Below, piece by piece: positions 19,951-29,212 of a stretch of DNA of 64,000 nucleotides (positions within the stretch are counted from its first letter, which is position 1; each line of letters opens with the position of its first letter). The stretch is from positions 32,001 through 96,000 of IMG/VR virus record IMGVR_UViG_3300025168_000039; one strand, 5' to 3'. Source of the DNA: a virus. The notes below the pieces were generated by a model that saw only the letters and a list, made by a program, of their open reading frames with translations, was not told the origin of the DNA and did no database searches. The translations under genes were made by a program, and so were the position numbers.

Positions 19951-22299
19951 CTATCGAGTGGAAGTGGGTACTATGTTAGAACCAGTAGGCGGGGTAGGCA
20001 TTAGACTAGGAGGTTTCTCGCCCATTAGCCTTGTATATTCTGCTATTATTTTTTCTTTACTACCTAATAATATAGGATCATTTAATACTTTACCAGCAAA
20101 GATTACCGCAACCGAAGAATCTCTTTTTGCTGCAGCATCACCCATTAAAGCTTGAACAGTTGCAATATTCTGTTCTATAGTTGCTGCGTCTTGTTCGTTG
20201 TCAGTTGCATAAACTTTCAGTTGACCTTTATTGATTCTGGTTCCTATAACCCTTCCCTGATCATTTGCAATAGGCAGCATAAAGGGAAGACCCGAAACCA
20301 TTTTTGGGGCAACCTGTCCAATAACAAACTTTCTTCTGTCCCGTTTACTTTTATTCTTATTATCATGTGCTTTAGCAGCAGCTTTCGCCCCAGCCGTCAA
20401 TCTATCTGCTTGCTGTTCATGTATTTTGAGAGCAACATTAGCAACTCTAGTACTTGCCTCATCCACTGTTTTGGCTAAACGATCTTTATCACCAGTACTA
20501 TCTATCTGTAGATTTAATCCAGCTATCTTACCCTGCCTCACTTGTTTAGCTTGAGCTTCTGTGATATTAGATATTCCGGCTAAGTTAGCTAACTCTTTAT
20601 CTTTAATACCTTGTAAGTTTTTTCTCTTTTCTCTTAATAATTTTCTTTCATCTTTATAACTACCTCGTAAATCACTCAATGCTTTTGAATCTAGAAAGCC
20701 AGATGCTACTGCTTGAAGAGGAGTCTTACCAGCAGGGTCTGCTCCTAGTATACCAAGACCTCCCTTGATAAGAGCAAAGTATTTTTCTCTACTAAGATCG
20801 TCTTTTTCTTTATCATACGCTTCTGTTAGATCAGTTCTTCGTTTACCAAAATCAACATTCTTTAAAGCTTCTAAATAATCTTTACGCTCTTGAGTTTGGG
20901 TTGGTGTTAATAATGGGTTTATCTTACCTCTTATAGCTTCTCTCTGTCTTGCTGATTCTAATCGTCTATCAACCATATCTTTTTGAGTTCTTTGGTATGC
21001 GCTTAAAAAAGATTCTGGGTCTGGACCAACTGGAAGAATTGGTTGCATTGCATAGCCTTTATAAGGGTCTACACTAGGATCACCATAAATAGAAGTCGTT
21101 TGGCGACTACCAGCTATATTTCTAGGATTACCTACATTGCCAGCCTGTGCATATTTACCAATCTTACCACCATTAGCAAGACCAACAAGCCCACCTTCTT
21201 TTTTACTAAAAGCTCCAAAAGCACCAGCCGTACCTAAAGCAGCTAAACCAAGACCTCCTATCTGTTGAAAGGCAGATGGAGTTGCAGTTGTTCCTGTATC
21301 TCTTTTAACTGTACTAGCAGGAATTGGTGCAGAATAACCTCTAATAATAGATTGATAATCTTGAAGAGTTCTTTCAGGAAAAGTTCTTGCAACTTCATAT
21401 TCTTGTTGTGCAATATCCAATGCCTGTTGTCCAACACCTCTTCGTTGAGCGCCGGTAGTTTCAAGTGCTGTTAGTTCTCGCATAGTTTGGCCTGGAACAG
21501 CCGTAGCTAAAGAACCAAACTGTGATCCAGCACTTCTCTCTCTGTTTCTTTGTTGAGCAAGTCTATTCTGTGCATCTTCAAATGCCGCTGCTTGTCCCTT
21601 CGCTTGAATATCTCCCAACCTTTGTTGTAAATTTCTATTTGCTTCAGCCTCTAAAATCCCTTGTCGAGAACCTCCAAATGCTCCAGCGGCAACAGCCTTC
21701 TGTCCTATTCTTTGTCTCTCAACATCACCTGTTCTTTCAAGTTCTCTCTTTTGAATGTCAATTACATTTTGAATATAGGGATTCATAAACTGACCAACAG
21801 ATGCAGCATTAGGTGCTAATGCACTTGAGGCAGTTAAAGCTTCTGCTGTTCTAAAGTAAGGTTGACTTGCTCCTTGTAGATTTTGAACCCCTGCAAATGC
21901 TTGTTCTTGCTCTGGACTAAAGGAAGCAATACGAGGGCCAGCAAAGGGAACATAGCCTTCTTCTTCTCTTCTCTCTGATAGAGCTTTTGATTTTTCTAGA
22001 ATATCCGTAACAAATGGTTTTAATTCATCAGGAATAGTTTCCTTCTGAATAGTACTTTGAGAAGGAGCAGGAGCAGAACCTCCACCTGGACTACCACCCA
22101 TGAACTGAATTAATCCTGTATTTGGATTGATTGTACCAGACCCACCCATGTCTCGAAGAACTTGCATTTCTTCAGTATTGACATGAGCTAGTTCAGTATC
22201 TCCTCCTATACCTTCACCAGAAAGATCAGTATATAAACAATTATATAACTCTATCTTTTCAGTTGTAGATAATTTAGAAACAATATTTTTTACAGACAT
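19951..22299 (-). CDS. Internal virion / DNA pilot (ejection) protein
   Basis: FMNPYIQNV...AGAFGGSRQGI motif; Gln/Ala-rich; N-terminal GDTELAH...INPxTGL module; likely start MSVKN at 22299. Confidence 0.7.
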   Translation of the reverse strand: MSVKNIVSKLSTTEKIELYNCLYTDLSGEGIGGDTELAHVNTEEMQVLRDMGGSGTINPNTGLIQFMGGSPGGGSAPAPSQSTIQKETIPDELKPFVTDILEKSKALSERREEEGYVPFAGPRIASFSPEQEQAFAGVQNLQGASQPYFRTAEALTASSALAPNAASVGQFMNPYIQNVIDIQKRELERTGDVERQRIGQKAVAAGAFGGSRQGILEAEANRNLQQRLGDIQAKGQAAAFEDAQNRLAQQRNRERSAGSQFGSLATAVPGQTMRELTALETTGAQRRGVGQQALDIAQQEYEVARTFPERTLQDYQSIIRGYSAPIPASTVKRDTGTTATPSAFQQIGGLGLAALGTAGAFGAFSKKEGGLVGLANGGKIGKYAQAGNVGNPRNIAGSRQTTSIYGDPSVDPYKGYAMQPILPVGPDPESFLSAYQRTQKDMVDRRLESARQREAIRGKINPLLTPTQTQERKDYLEALKNVDFGKRRTDLTEAYDKEKDDLSREKYFALIKGGLGILGADPAGKTPLQAVASGFLDSKALSDLRGSYKDERKLLREKRKNLQGIKDKELANLAGISNITEAQAKQVRQGKIAGLNLQIDSTGDKDRLAKTVDEASTRVANVALKIHEQQADRLTAGAKAAAKAHDNKNKSKRDRRKFVIGQVAPKMVSGLPFMLPIANDQGRVIGTRINKGQLKVYATDNEQDAATIEQNIATVQALMGDAAAKRDSSVAVIFAGKVLNDPILLGSKEKIIAEYTRLMGEKPPSLMPTPPTGSNIVPTSTR

Positions 22300-22300
22300 T

Positions 22301-22729
22301 CTATAGTTCCCTCGTAATAACTGTTGTATATTTTTTAAAATCATATTTAGGTGTAAACTTTAACCAGCCATCTCTAGCATATCCTTCAAGTCTTTTTACA
22401 CCTTGTTCTCTTGCAAACTTAATAATAGGAGAATCTTCACTCATTCCATAATCAAACCATTTATGAAGTGTGTGAGACTTCGTTCCAATGTAAGGCATTG
22501 CTAAAACTTTATACTGTGGAAAAGTAATAAGTTGTGTTATGCAAATTCCTAAGATACCATCTTCTTCATCTGCACCTACCCAAAGTTGTAAGTAATCACC
22601 TAATAACTCTTTGTAGATATCATTTAAATCTTTTTCCCCTTGAGTTCTTTTTAAAGGTTTTTCTATAAACTCAACAACATGAGGCCATGTTACATCAACA
22701 CAGTTAGGTTCAATTTTTATTAACTTCAA
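22301..22729 (-). CDS. Putative GNAT-like protein next to the ejection genes
   Basis: LQLWV...T...YIG...FAREQGVKRLEGYARDGW pattern; T7 gp13-like position. Confidence 0.55.
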   Translation of the reverse strand: MKLIKIEPNCVDVTWPHVVEFIEKPLKRTQGEKDLNDIYKELLGDYLQLWVGADEEDGILGICITQLITFPQYKVLAMPYIGTKSHTLHKWFDYGMSEDSPIIKFAREQGVKRLEGYARDGWLKFTPKYDFKKYTTVITREL

Positions 22730-22732
22730 TTT

Positions 22733-23419
22733 TTAATCACCGCCTGAGTCGTAATCGTCCTCTGGCTCTATAATTGGCGCTCCGGCTTTTGGCGCTCTAA
22801 TGTCTTCATCACTTTGCACTTCTTCAACTGGCCCTTCTACAAGTGATCCTGGTTGAATAGATCGAGATAAATCTCCAAGAGACTGCCTACTATCCTCTGC
22901 CGCTTTTATATAACTATCTAAATAACCTGAACCACTAGCAGTATTACCTGTATCATATACAATAGGTGTATATGCAGGAGAGAATAAACTATAAATTCCT
23001 CTGTCTGGTAATGTTGTTCTTCCTGATCCTTTACCTCCCGAAGTAGGATTAGTTCCTTGAGGAGGAGAAGCATTTACTGCATCAAAAGGAGAGCGTTCTA
23101 TACTTGTAACAGGAGGTATAGGTAGATTAGGTGGAGTACCAAGAACAATTGATCGACCATCACCAATTGGATCAGAAGGCTGATTAACTGGGGGTTGATC
23201 TCCTACAAAACCTGTTGGAGAAATAGGAATAGATGAAAGTCCACCTCCTGCTGCAGAGGCATTAACCGCATCAAAAGGAGATCGTTGTATACTAGTTACA
23301 GGAACTGGAGATGCAATCGCTGGCTGTACAGTTGGTACACCATTGATAAACTGCTGCGAAGGAGTAGTCTGCCCTGTATCTTGTAAATATTGTTGTTGCT
23401 CACTAGTAAGAACTGCCAT
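22733..23419 (-). CDS. Pro/Ser-rich low-complexity virion protein
   Basis: Internal duplication PVTSI(Q/E)RSPFDAVNAS. Confidence 0.55.
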   Translation of the reverse strand: MAVLTSEQQQYLQDTGQTTPSQQFINGVPTVQPAIASPVPVTSIQRSPFDAVNASAAGGGLSSIPISPTGFVGDQPPVNQPSDPIGDGRSIVLGTPPNLPIPPVTSIERSPFDAVNASPPQGTNPTSGGKGSGRTTLPDRGIYSLFSPAYTPIVYDTGNTASGSGYLDSYIKAAEDSRQSLGDLSRSIQPGSLVEGPVEEVQSDEDIRAPKAGAPIIEPEDDYDSGGD

Positions 23420-23428
23420 AACTTAATC

Positions 23429-25654
23429 CTATGCTAAAAATGATTCTAAGCCCTGTTTAATAGGCTTCTGCTGTTTTTTATTTCCTGTTGCTTTATGTCT
23501 TATGTTTTTAACAAAACCATCTAACTTCTTTGCACCTGAAGTAGAAGACCCACTTCCTATCATAGCAACTGTATCTGCAGGTATAACATATTCATCTGGA
23601 CTTAATAAAGCCATATCAGGATTATCACCTTCTACTTCAAATAAAACTTGATCTGATTGTCCATCTCCAGGTCCAATTACTTTACCTTCGAAGTATTGTC
23701 CAATCCCTCCTCCTTTATTATAAAGTTCGACATCAGGAATCCGATGAAACATATTTAAACTTTCTTCCATTCGTCTTTCTATGTGAGGTACTCCAGGACG
23801 TAAAAAAAGATCTGATATAGCTTTAGCTCTATCTTCTACTGCTCCCATTCCTTTACCTAATAAAATTTTTCTTAGCCTTTGTCTATTTCCTGGACCAGCA
23901 TCATATGGAAGTACTCCTTCTCCTTCAGTACTAGTCATTTGTTCATGGGCATATTCCATTTGATTTTGTTCATTATTTGGTAATTTATTATCTTTTAGAT
24001 ATCTTTTATAATCTTTCTGTCTACCTTGTGTAAATTGAAACAAGCCCAGACCTTGATTTAATCCTTTTTTCTTTCCACTCTCTCTTTGAGTACCTTTAAA
24101 GGTAGGTGCCTCAACTGCTATATTACCCATAATAGCAGCTATGCTTTCACTAGGATACTTTTTTTCTTTATAAAAATCATAAACTACTTTTTGTTTAGGA
24201 GTAAAAGAATTTTTTTTTGAGCCATTGCGGGGAGTACCCCCATTAGCAAGGCCAATAAGACCACCTTTATTAAACCCGAAATCTGCTCCAACATTAAAAC
24301 CATCTCCTCCTTGACCATAAGGTGTAGCGATAGCTCCAGGGTCTTGATTTACCTGTCCTACCATAGCATTTAATGTTGCTCCACCTACTGCATCCGAAAT
24401 AAATTTATCAACTTCCGATGCTGCTTTCTTCTTCTGTAAAATTTCTTCTTCTTTTCTTTTATTTTCTGAATCAACCGTTTCTTCTTCGACAACTGTATCG
24501 GTTTCTTCTACAGCCACTTCACCTCCTTCAGCTAATGTAACTGTATCATCATCAACATATCTAAATGGTGTTAAGCCTTGGCTAATCCCACCTTCTAAAG
24601 CAAGTCTAGTATAATCTTCTTGTGTAAAACCTTCTTGAGTAGGTTCACCACCTTCTAGGCGTAAAGGTCTACGAGTATATGTATCTTCTAATGCAGCTAA
24701 ACCTCCATCTGCATTAGGATCAAATTCTGGAGGAGTCATCACAGCTTCCATCGCACCAAATGCTAGAGGAGTATAGGTTGATGGTCTTTGCAGTAATGCA
24801 CCTGCCATTTGAGTAGTTGTTAGTGGTGCCCCACCCGCTTGTTCTAAAGCTTTTTGAGCAGCCACCGCACCTTTTATGCCAAAGTCTCTAACAAATGTTG
24901 TTGCTGGAATATTTTGACCAGCAGCAAATGGGGCAGCATAGGCGACTCCTGATTGTTTAGCTATTTCTGCAGTAACAGGAACCGTTTGAAATCCTTGTGA
25001 TGCACCTGCCATTTGAGTAGTTGTTAGTGGTGCCTGACCCGCTGCCGGGAAAAAGGATGGTGATACTGGTCCCACAGATACTGGTCCCATGTTTGAAAGA
25101 GCCGTTCCAGCATTTGCTCCTGCAGAAGCAACATTAGTACCAGTTTGAAGTCCTTGTGAAGTTAGTGCCTGATTAGATGCCTGTTGTGCTGCTGCTGTAG
25201 AAGCACCTTCAACGCCAAGTCCTGCTTCTAATGCAGCCGAACTTGGACCCATCATACCTGTCATAACACCAGCGGTAGCACCAGATATTAAACCACCTAC
25301 AAGAGCATCAGTTGGTGATTGACCTGCCGCAAGTCCACCAGCAAATGAACCAACACCAGCACCAACACCAGCACCGGCAGCAGCACCAAAAGCACTACCT
25401 CCAAATGCTGTACCAAGACCCGGACCAAGCAATACAGTACCAGCAATCGCACCTACGGCTGGTAACAATGATCTAAAATTAAAAGCTTCTGGTAATCCCG
25501 TTTCTGGATTTACAGTTAGTTGGCCCATACTAGATAGACCAGCTAATTCATCTGGGCGCACATGCAACAGTTCTGTATCACCATACCGTCCTTGCGCAGC
25601 CATTAGCCCTGCTATGCCACTATACGGAGCCTCTTGATTCCTCATCGCTACCAT
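23429..25654 (-). CDS. Internal virion protein with a tail-lysozyme-like muralytic domain
   Basis: IAAIMGNIAVE...GLGLFQFT.GR motif; Gly/Ala hydrophobic stretch; C-terminal GPGDGQSD...LSPDEYVIPAD. Confidence 0.7.
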   Translation of the reverse strand: MVAMRNQEAPYSGIAGLMAAQGRYGDTELLHVRPDELAGLSSMGQLTVNPETGLPEAFNFRSLLPAVGAIAGTVLLGPGLGTAFGGSAFGAAAGAGVGAGVGSFAGGLAAGQSPTDALVGGLISGATAGVMTGMMGPSSAALEAGLGVEGASTAAAQQASNQALTSQGLQTGTNVASAGANAGTALSNMGPVSVGPVSPSFFPAAGQAPLTTTQMAGASQGFQTVPVTAEIAKQSGVAYAAPFAAGQNIPATTFVRDFGIKGAVAAQKALEQAGGAPLTTTQMAGALLQRPSTYTPLAFGAMEAVMTPPEFDPNADGGLAALEDTYTRRPLRLEGGEPTQEGFTQEDYTRLALEGGISQGLTPFRYVDDDTVTLAEGGEVAVEETDTVVEEETVDSENKRKEEEILQKKKAASEVDKFISDAVGGATLNAMVGQVNQDPGAIATPYGQGGDGFNVGADFGFNKGGLIGLANGGTPRNGSKKNSFTPKQKVVYDFYKEKKYPSESIAAIMGNIAVEAPTFKGTQRESGKKKGLNQGLGLFQFTQGRQKDYKRYLKDNKLPNNEQNQMEYAHEQMTSTEGEGVLPYDAGPGNRQRLRKILLGKGMGAVEDRAKAISDLFLRPGVPHIERRMEESLNMFHRIPDVELYNKGGGIGQYFEGKVIGPGDGQSDQVLFEVEGDNPDMALLSPDEYVIPADTVAMIGSGSSTSGAKKLDGFVKNIRHKATGNKKQQKPIKQGLESFLA

Positions 25655-25681
25655 TTATAATTCTCCAAGTTAGATTTGTAT

Positions 25682-25710
25682 ATTATACAATAAAAATAAG
25701 TTCAGTGCAA
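25682..25710 (-). promoter_or_regulatory. Sigma70-like promoter
   Basis: Minus strand TTGCAC-17 bp-TATAAT. Confidence 0.65.
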
Positions 25711-25712
25711 AA

Positions 25713-25988
25713 TTAATTAAAGTTTACCCAACCAGTACCGCCTACATATCCTTTAAACTTTCCAGTACTTGCGGAATATGCTACATCTCCACTTGCTGGT
25801 CTTCCTATTTCATTTACACTAACAACAGAATAAATTTTAGTTGATGGTGAAGATTCAATCTCTATATCTCTACTCTCTAATAAAAACTTTATCTCTGATG
25901 CCCATGAATTAATATCATTATATAGTTGACGTAATTCGTCATTTGTAATATTATAATTAACAGAGAAGTTAGGATAAGAAAAAGACAT
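25713..25988 (-). CDS. Small virion protein
   Basis: GDVAYSASTGKFKGY.G.GW tail-type motif. Confidence 0.6.
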   Translation of the reverse strand: MSFSYPNFSVNYNITNDELRQLYNDINSWASEIKFLLESRDIEIESSPSTKIYSVVSVNEIGRPASGDVAYSASTGKFKGYVGGTGWVNFN

Positions 25989-27874
25989 TACCTTTTACCT
26001 GCTGGTTGAATAGCTACTCGAACACTACCCCATTTCCAAGATGTATTTAAATCAGATGTTGATACTCTAAAATTAGCCTGTCTTCCTCTTGCTCTCATGT
26101 CAATTTTTTGTGTAGCATCTGTTATATCAAAGGGACCAATCTCTTTTGTAGTTCCTGCAGGATAATCTTTTATATTAATTGAAAATTTAATTGTACCCGT
26201 ATTAATATCATAATCAGGAATAATCTTATCAATAAACATAATATCATCACCATCACCTATATCGATATCAGCACTCTCAATAAATGATGTTAGTGGTTGA
26301 TTGTTACCAGAGAATACAGAAGTTGGTTCATTATACCAAATAAACTGTGGGTTAGTTGCTGAAACATTTCCAGTTACTGCTCCTGTAGCAATAGTGTTAA
26401 GAAATACTGAGTCATCAATAAAAGTTGTATAGAAGTTAGAACCATAGACCCAAGTATTTTCCATGTAGTTATATATTACATAACTATCTGGTTCATTAGA
26501 CCCAGACTTTGGATATAACCAAATGATCTCATGGAACTCTGAATTAAGACCAGCAAACACTTTAGATTTTTGAGTCATATTAAAATCGTCATATAGATAT
26601 CTACGAATAGTACAATCTAATTTTTTAACTGAACCATCGAACATAAAGAAGTCTGTGTCACCCATCCAATATGTTCTACCCCCTACATCAATAGCTGCAT
26701 GTGATCCTATCAAGCCACAGTTTGTACCGACTTGAGACATTCTAAATATAAAGGGAGGACCAACAAATTGCAGAGTATAAAGAGCATTATCTGTATAAAC
26801 TAGAATTGCATTACGTCCTCGTACACCACCAACAATTCTAGTACCATCAATAAGTTGAAGCTCACCTGATGTAGATGATACTGAAGGAATCCAGTTAGCA
26901 TAATCTTCTTGATCTGACCATCTTACAAGAAGAGGATTAAAGACTGATGTTGCAAACTCTTCTGTTCCAAGAGCAATCACATGACGATCATTAGGAGATA
27001 TAACAATACTATTAATTTTTGATGGTGCAGTACCCACAACAGAAGACCTAACCGGCGCTAAACTTGCATTAGCGTCCCAATGAATTAAGTTTCCTCCTTG
27101 TCTAGCAGCAAGTAAATCTTCACCAAAGTTATCTAAAGACCACTGTGTTCCTAAGAAAATAATGTTAGAAGATTCTGCTGGTTGATTCCAAGCTCTTTCT
27201 CCTGTCGCTGAAACACCCGCATTATATATACCTGCACCATATCCCAATCCTTGAATTGGATTTGATTGACCTGTAGCTAAAAGAAAGAAAGCAATACCTG
27301 AACCCTGATTTGATTCTGTACTAGCGGCTACACTAGTTACACTAATAAAAAAGTTATTTACTCCTTGAACACTTACTACTTCAAATGTAGGTCCACCAAA
27401 TGAAGATACAGAAAAATCTAGTCCGTTTGTGGTAAAACCGTTAATAGAAGTATTAGAAAACTCAACGTAATCTCCGACGTTTCTTCCATTATTATTAGAA
27501 CTAACCTCAATTAAAGGAGAGCCAGCAGCCGTATCAAAACTCCCTGCACTCCCTAAGTTACCAATACTAACTGTACTAACTACTGGTGTTATATCATAAG
27601 GATAATCATTATAAACAACATATAATTTACTTTCAGTACCATAACCTAAAAGTTTTTCTGTATTATTATTTGTCCAGGCAAGTAAATCTCTAGCAGTTCC
27701 GGTAAAAGAAGTATCAATAAATTTTTGATATCCTCTTAAATTTTCAGGCTTACCTTCTCGAAAGCGTACTCGATCTCCATCAAACCATTTACCTTCCTCA
27801 GAATACTGAGTAGACTCACGGTGAAATCCCGGCTTTAAATTTAATTTTTGTAATTTAGAAAGAGTAGAGGCCAT
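25988..27874 (-). CDS. Tail nozzle / DNA stabilisation protein (P22 gp10 / T7 gp12-like)
   Basis: W.DGDRVRFR.G.P, WSLDNFGEDL, LVRWSDQED, R.RGRQ motifs; beta-rich. Confidence 0.75.
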   Translation of the reverse strand: MASTLSKLQKLNLKPGFHRESTQYSEEGKWFDGDRVRFREGKPENLRGYQKFIDTSFTGTARDLLAWTNNNTEKLLGYGTESKLYVVYNDYPYDITPVVSTVSIGNLGSAGSFDTAAGSPLIEVSSNNNGRNVGDYVEFSNTSINGFTTNGLDFSVSSFGGPTFEVVSVQGVNNFFISVTSVAASTESNQGSGIAFFLLATGQSNPIQGLGYGAGIYNAGVSATGERAWNQPAESSNIIFLGTQWSLDNFGEDLLAARQGGNLIHWDANASLAPVRSSVVGTAPSKINSIVISPNDRHVIALGTEEFATSVFNPLLVRWSDQEDYANWIPSVSSTSGELQLIDGTRIVGGVRGRNAILVYTDNALYTLQFVGPPFIFRMSQVGTNCGLIGSHAAIDVGGRTYWMGDTDFFMFDGSVKKLDCTIRRYLYDDFNMTQKSKVFAGLNSEFHEIIWLYPKSGSNEPDSYVIYNYMENTWVYGSNFYTTFIDDSVFLNTIATGAVTGNVSATNPQFIWYNEPTSVFSGNNQPLTSFIESADIDIGDGDDIMFIDKIIPDYDINTGTIKFSINIKDYPAGTTKEIGPFDITDATQKIDMRARGRQANFRVSTSDLNTSWKWGSVRVAIQPAGKR

Positions 27875-27880
27875 ATGCTT

Positions 27881-28855
27881 TTATCCAAATGAAGAAACTA
27901 AAATCATATCAATAGCACTAACGCCTCGTACATTGTATACCAACATATCAACAGCACTAGCTACTGTAGACAATACAGGAACTTCTGCATCAGGGAAATT
28001 ATAACTATTCCCATAAGACAATGTTCTTGATCCAGTACCGTCTTGAAAAACATAAATAAATCCACTTTGTCCTGGCTGGGCATTAGCACCATTTCCAAGT
28101 GTTCTATTACCTGCTAAAGAAACAAAGAATGTTGTTGCTGTAGATAAGTCTAAAGCAATTGAAGCAGCATCTGTAAGTGTAACCGGAGGTATAACTAGCT
28201 GACCACTAAAAGTTGCTGTAGAAACAAACGTAGCAGGACCATTAACGCAGACATCTGCAGTAAATAATGCACTAGATACTTGCATTGAATTAGCAGCTAT
28301 TGAAGTTACAAATATATTTGTTGCTGAAACACTTGTTGCAAAACCAACAGCAGATGCAAAGGCAACTGCCTTATTAAAAGTATTTGCTTCAGTAAAAGTA
28401 TTTGCTACAGAGAGTTTTGCAAAACCTGTAGTTGTATCTGCAGTTAAATAATCTAAACCAAAAACAGATACAGTATCACATAAGAACATCTTTCTACTAC
28501 CAGCAGCAACAGTACTGCCTGTACCCGCTGCTGTTTTTAATGTAATAGCTGCAGAATTTTGTCTGGTTGTTTTATCATTAATAACATAACTCTTTGACTT
28601 TTGTGGAACAAGAACATTTAGACTAGCAGAGACTGTTCCTGAAAGTTCAAGAAAAGGACTGCGAGATTGATCTGTTGTTCCGTCATTAGCTGTTAGAGTT
28701 ACATCTGCACTAGATACAACAACTGTCGTATAAGCAGCAATAGCTTCGTCTACTAGATCAATAACATTTTGATTTAAAACTGTACCCCAGCTATTAGGAT
28801 TTTCTCCATCTCCCTGCTTCTCTAGTCTAATCCTAGTTGTGTAACTACTTACCAT
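27881..28855 (-). CDS. Tail fibre / tail-associated protein
   Basis: GEN..SWG...N.N N-terminus; QDGTGSRTLSY C-terminal fibre motif. Confidence 0.7.
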   Translation of the reverse strand: MVSSYTTRIRLEKQGDGENPNSWGTVLNQNVIDLVDEAIAAYTTVVVSSADVTLTANDGTTDQSRSPFLELSGTVSASLNVLVPQKSKSYVINDKTTRQNSAAITLKTAAGTGSTVAAGSRKMFLCDTVSVFGLDYLTADTTTGFAKLSVANTFTEANTFNKAVAFASAVGFATSVSATNIFVTSIAANSMQVSSALFTADVCVNGPATFVSTATFSGQLVIPPVTLTDAASIALDLSTATTFFVSLAGNRTLGNGANAQPGQSGFIYVFQDGTGSRTLSYGNSYNFPDAEVPVLSTVASAVDMLVYNVRGVSAIDMILVSSFG

Positions 28856-28857
28856 TC

Positions 28858-29196
28858 TTATATTCCTTTTTCATTCTCTAAAACTATTGTGTAAACTTCT
28901 ATACCTCCAAGAAGTAAAACCTTTCTAAGACTAAAAAGTCTTCCTTGTGTGTCTACAAAATTATTATACATTGTATTTGTTATTCCTGGAATAGGTTCTT
29001 CGTTAAATACACACTCACCTTCTATAAGATATTTTCTAAGAACATAGTGATAATCTTCTTCTGATACTGTTTGTGATTCTGCTATTGATACAATAGCTTC
29101 TTCAGAACGACAAAAATTCCAAATTAAAACATCATGATGTGCATTAGCAACAGAAGTTGTTAAGAATACCATTAAAAAAATTATATATTTTATCAT
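28858..29196 (-). CDS. Hypothetical exported protein
   Basis: Signal-peptide-like MIKYIIFLMVFLTTSVANA. Confidence 0.55.
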   Translation of the reverse strand: MIKYIIFLMVFLTTSVANAHHDVLIWNFCRSEEAIVSIAESQTVSEEDYHYVLRKYLIEGECVFNEEPIPGITNTMYNNFVDTQGRLFSLRKVLLLGGIEVYTIVLENEKGI

Positions 29197-29212
29197 TGTA
29201 ATCAGCTTTATA

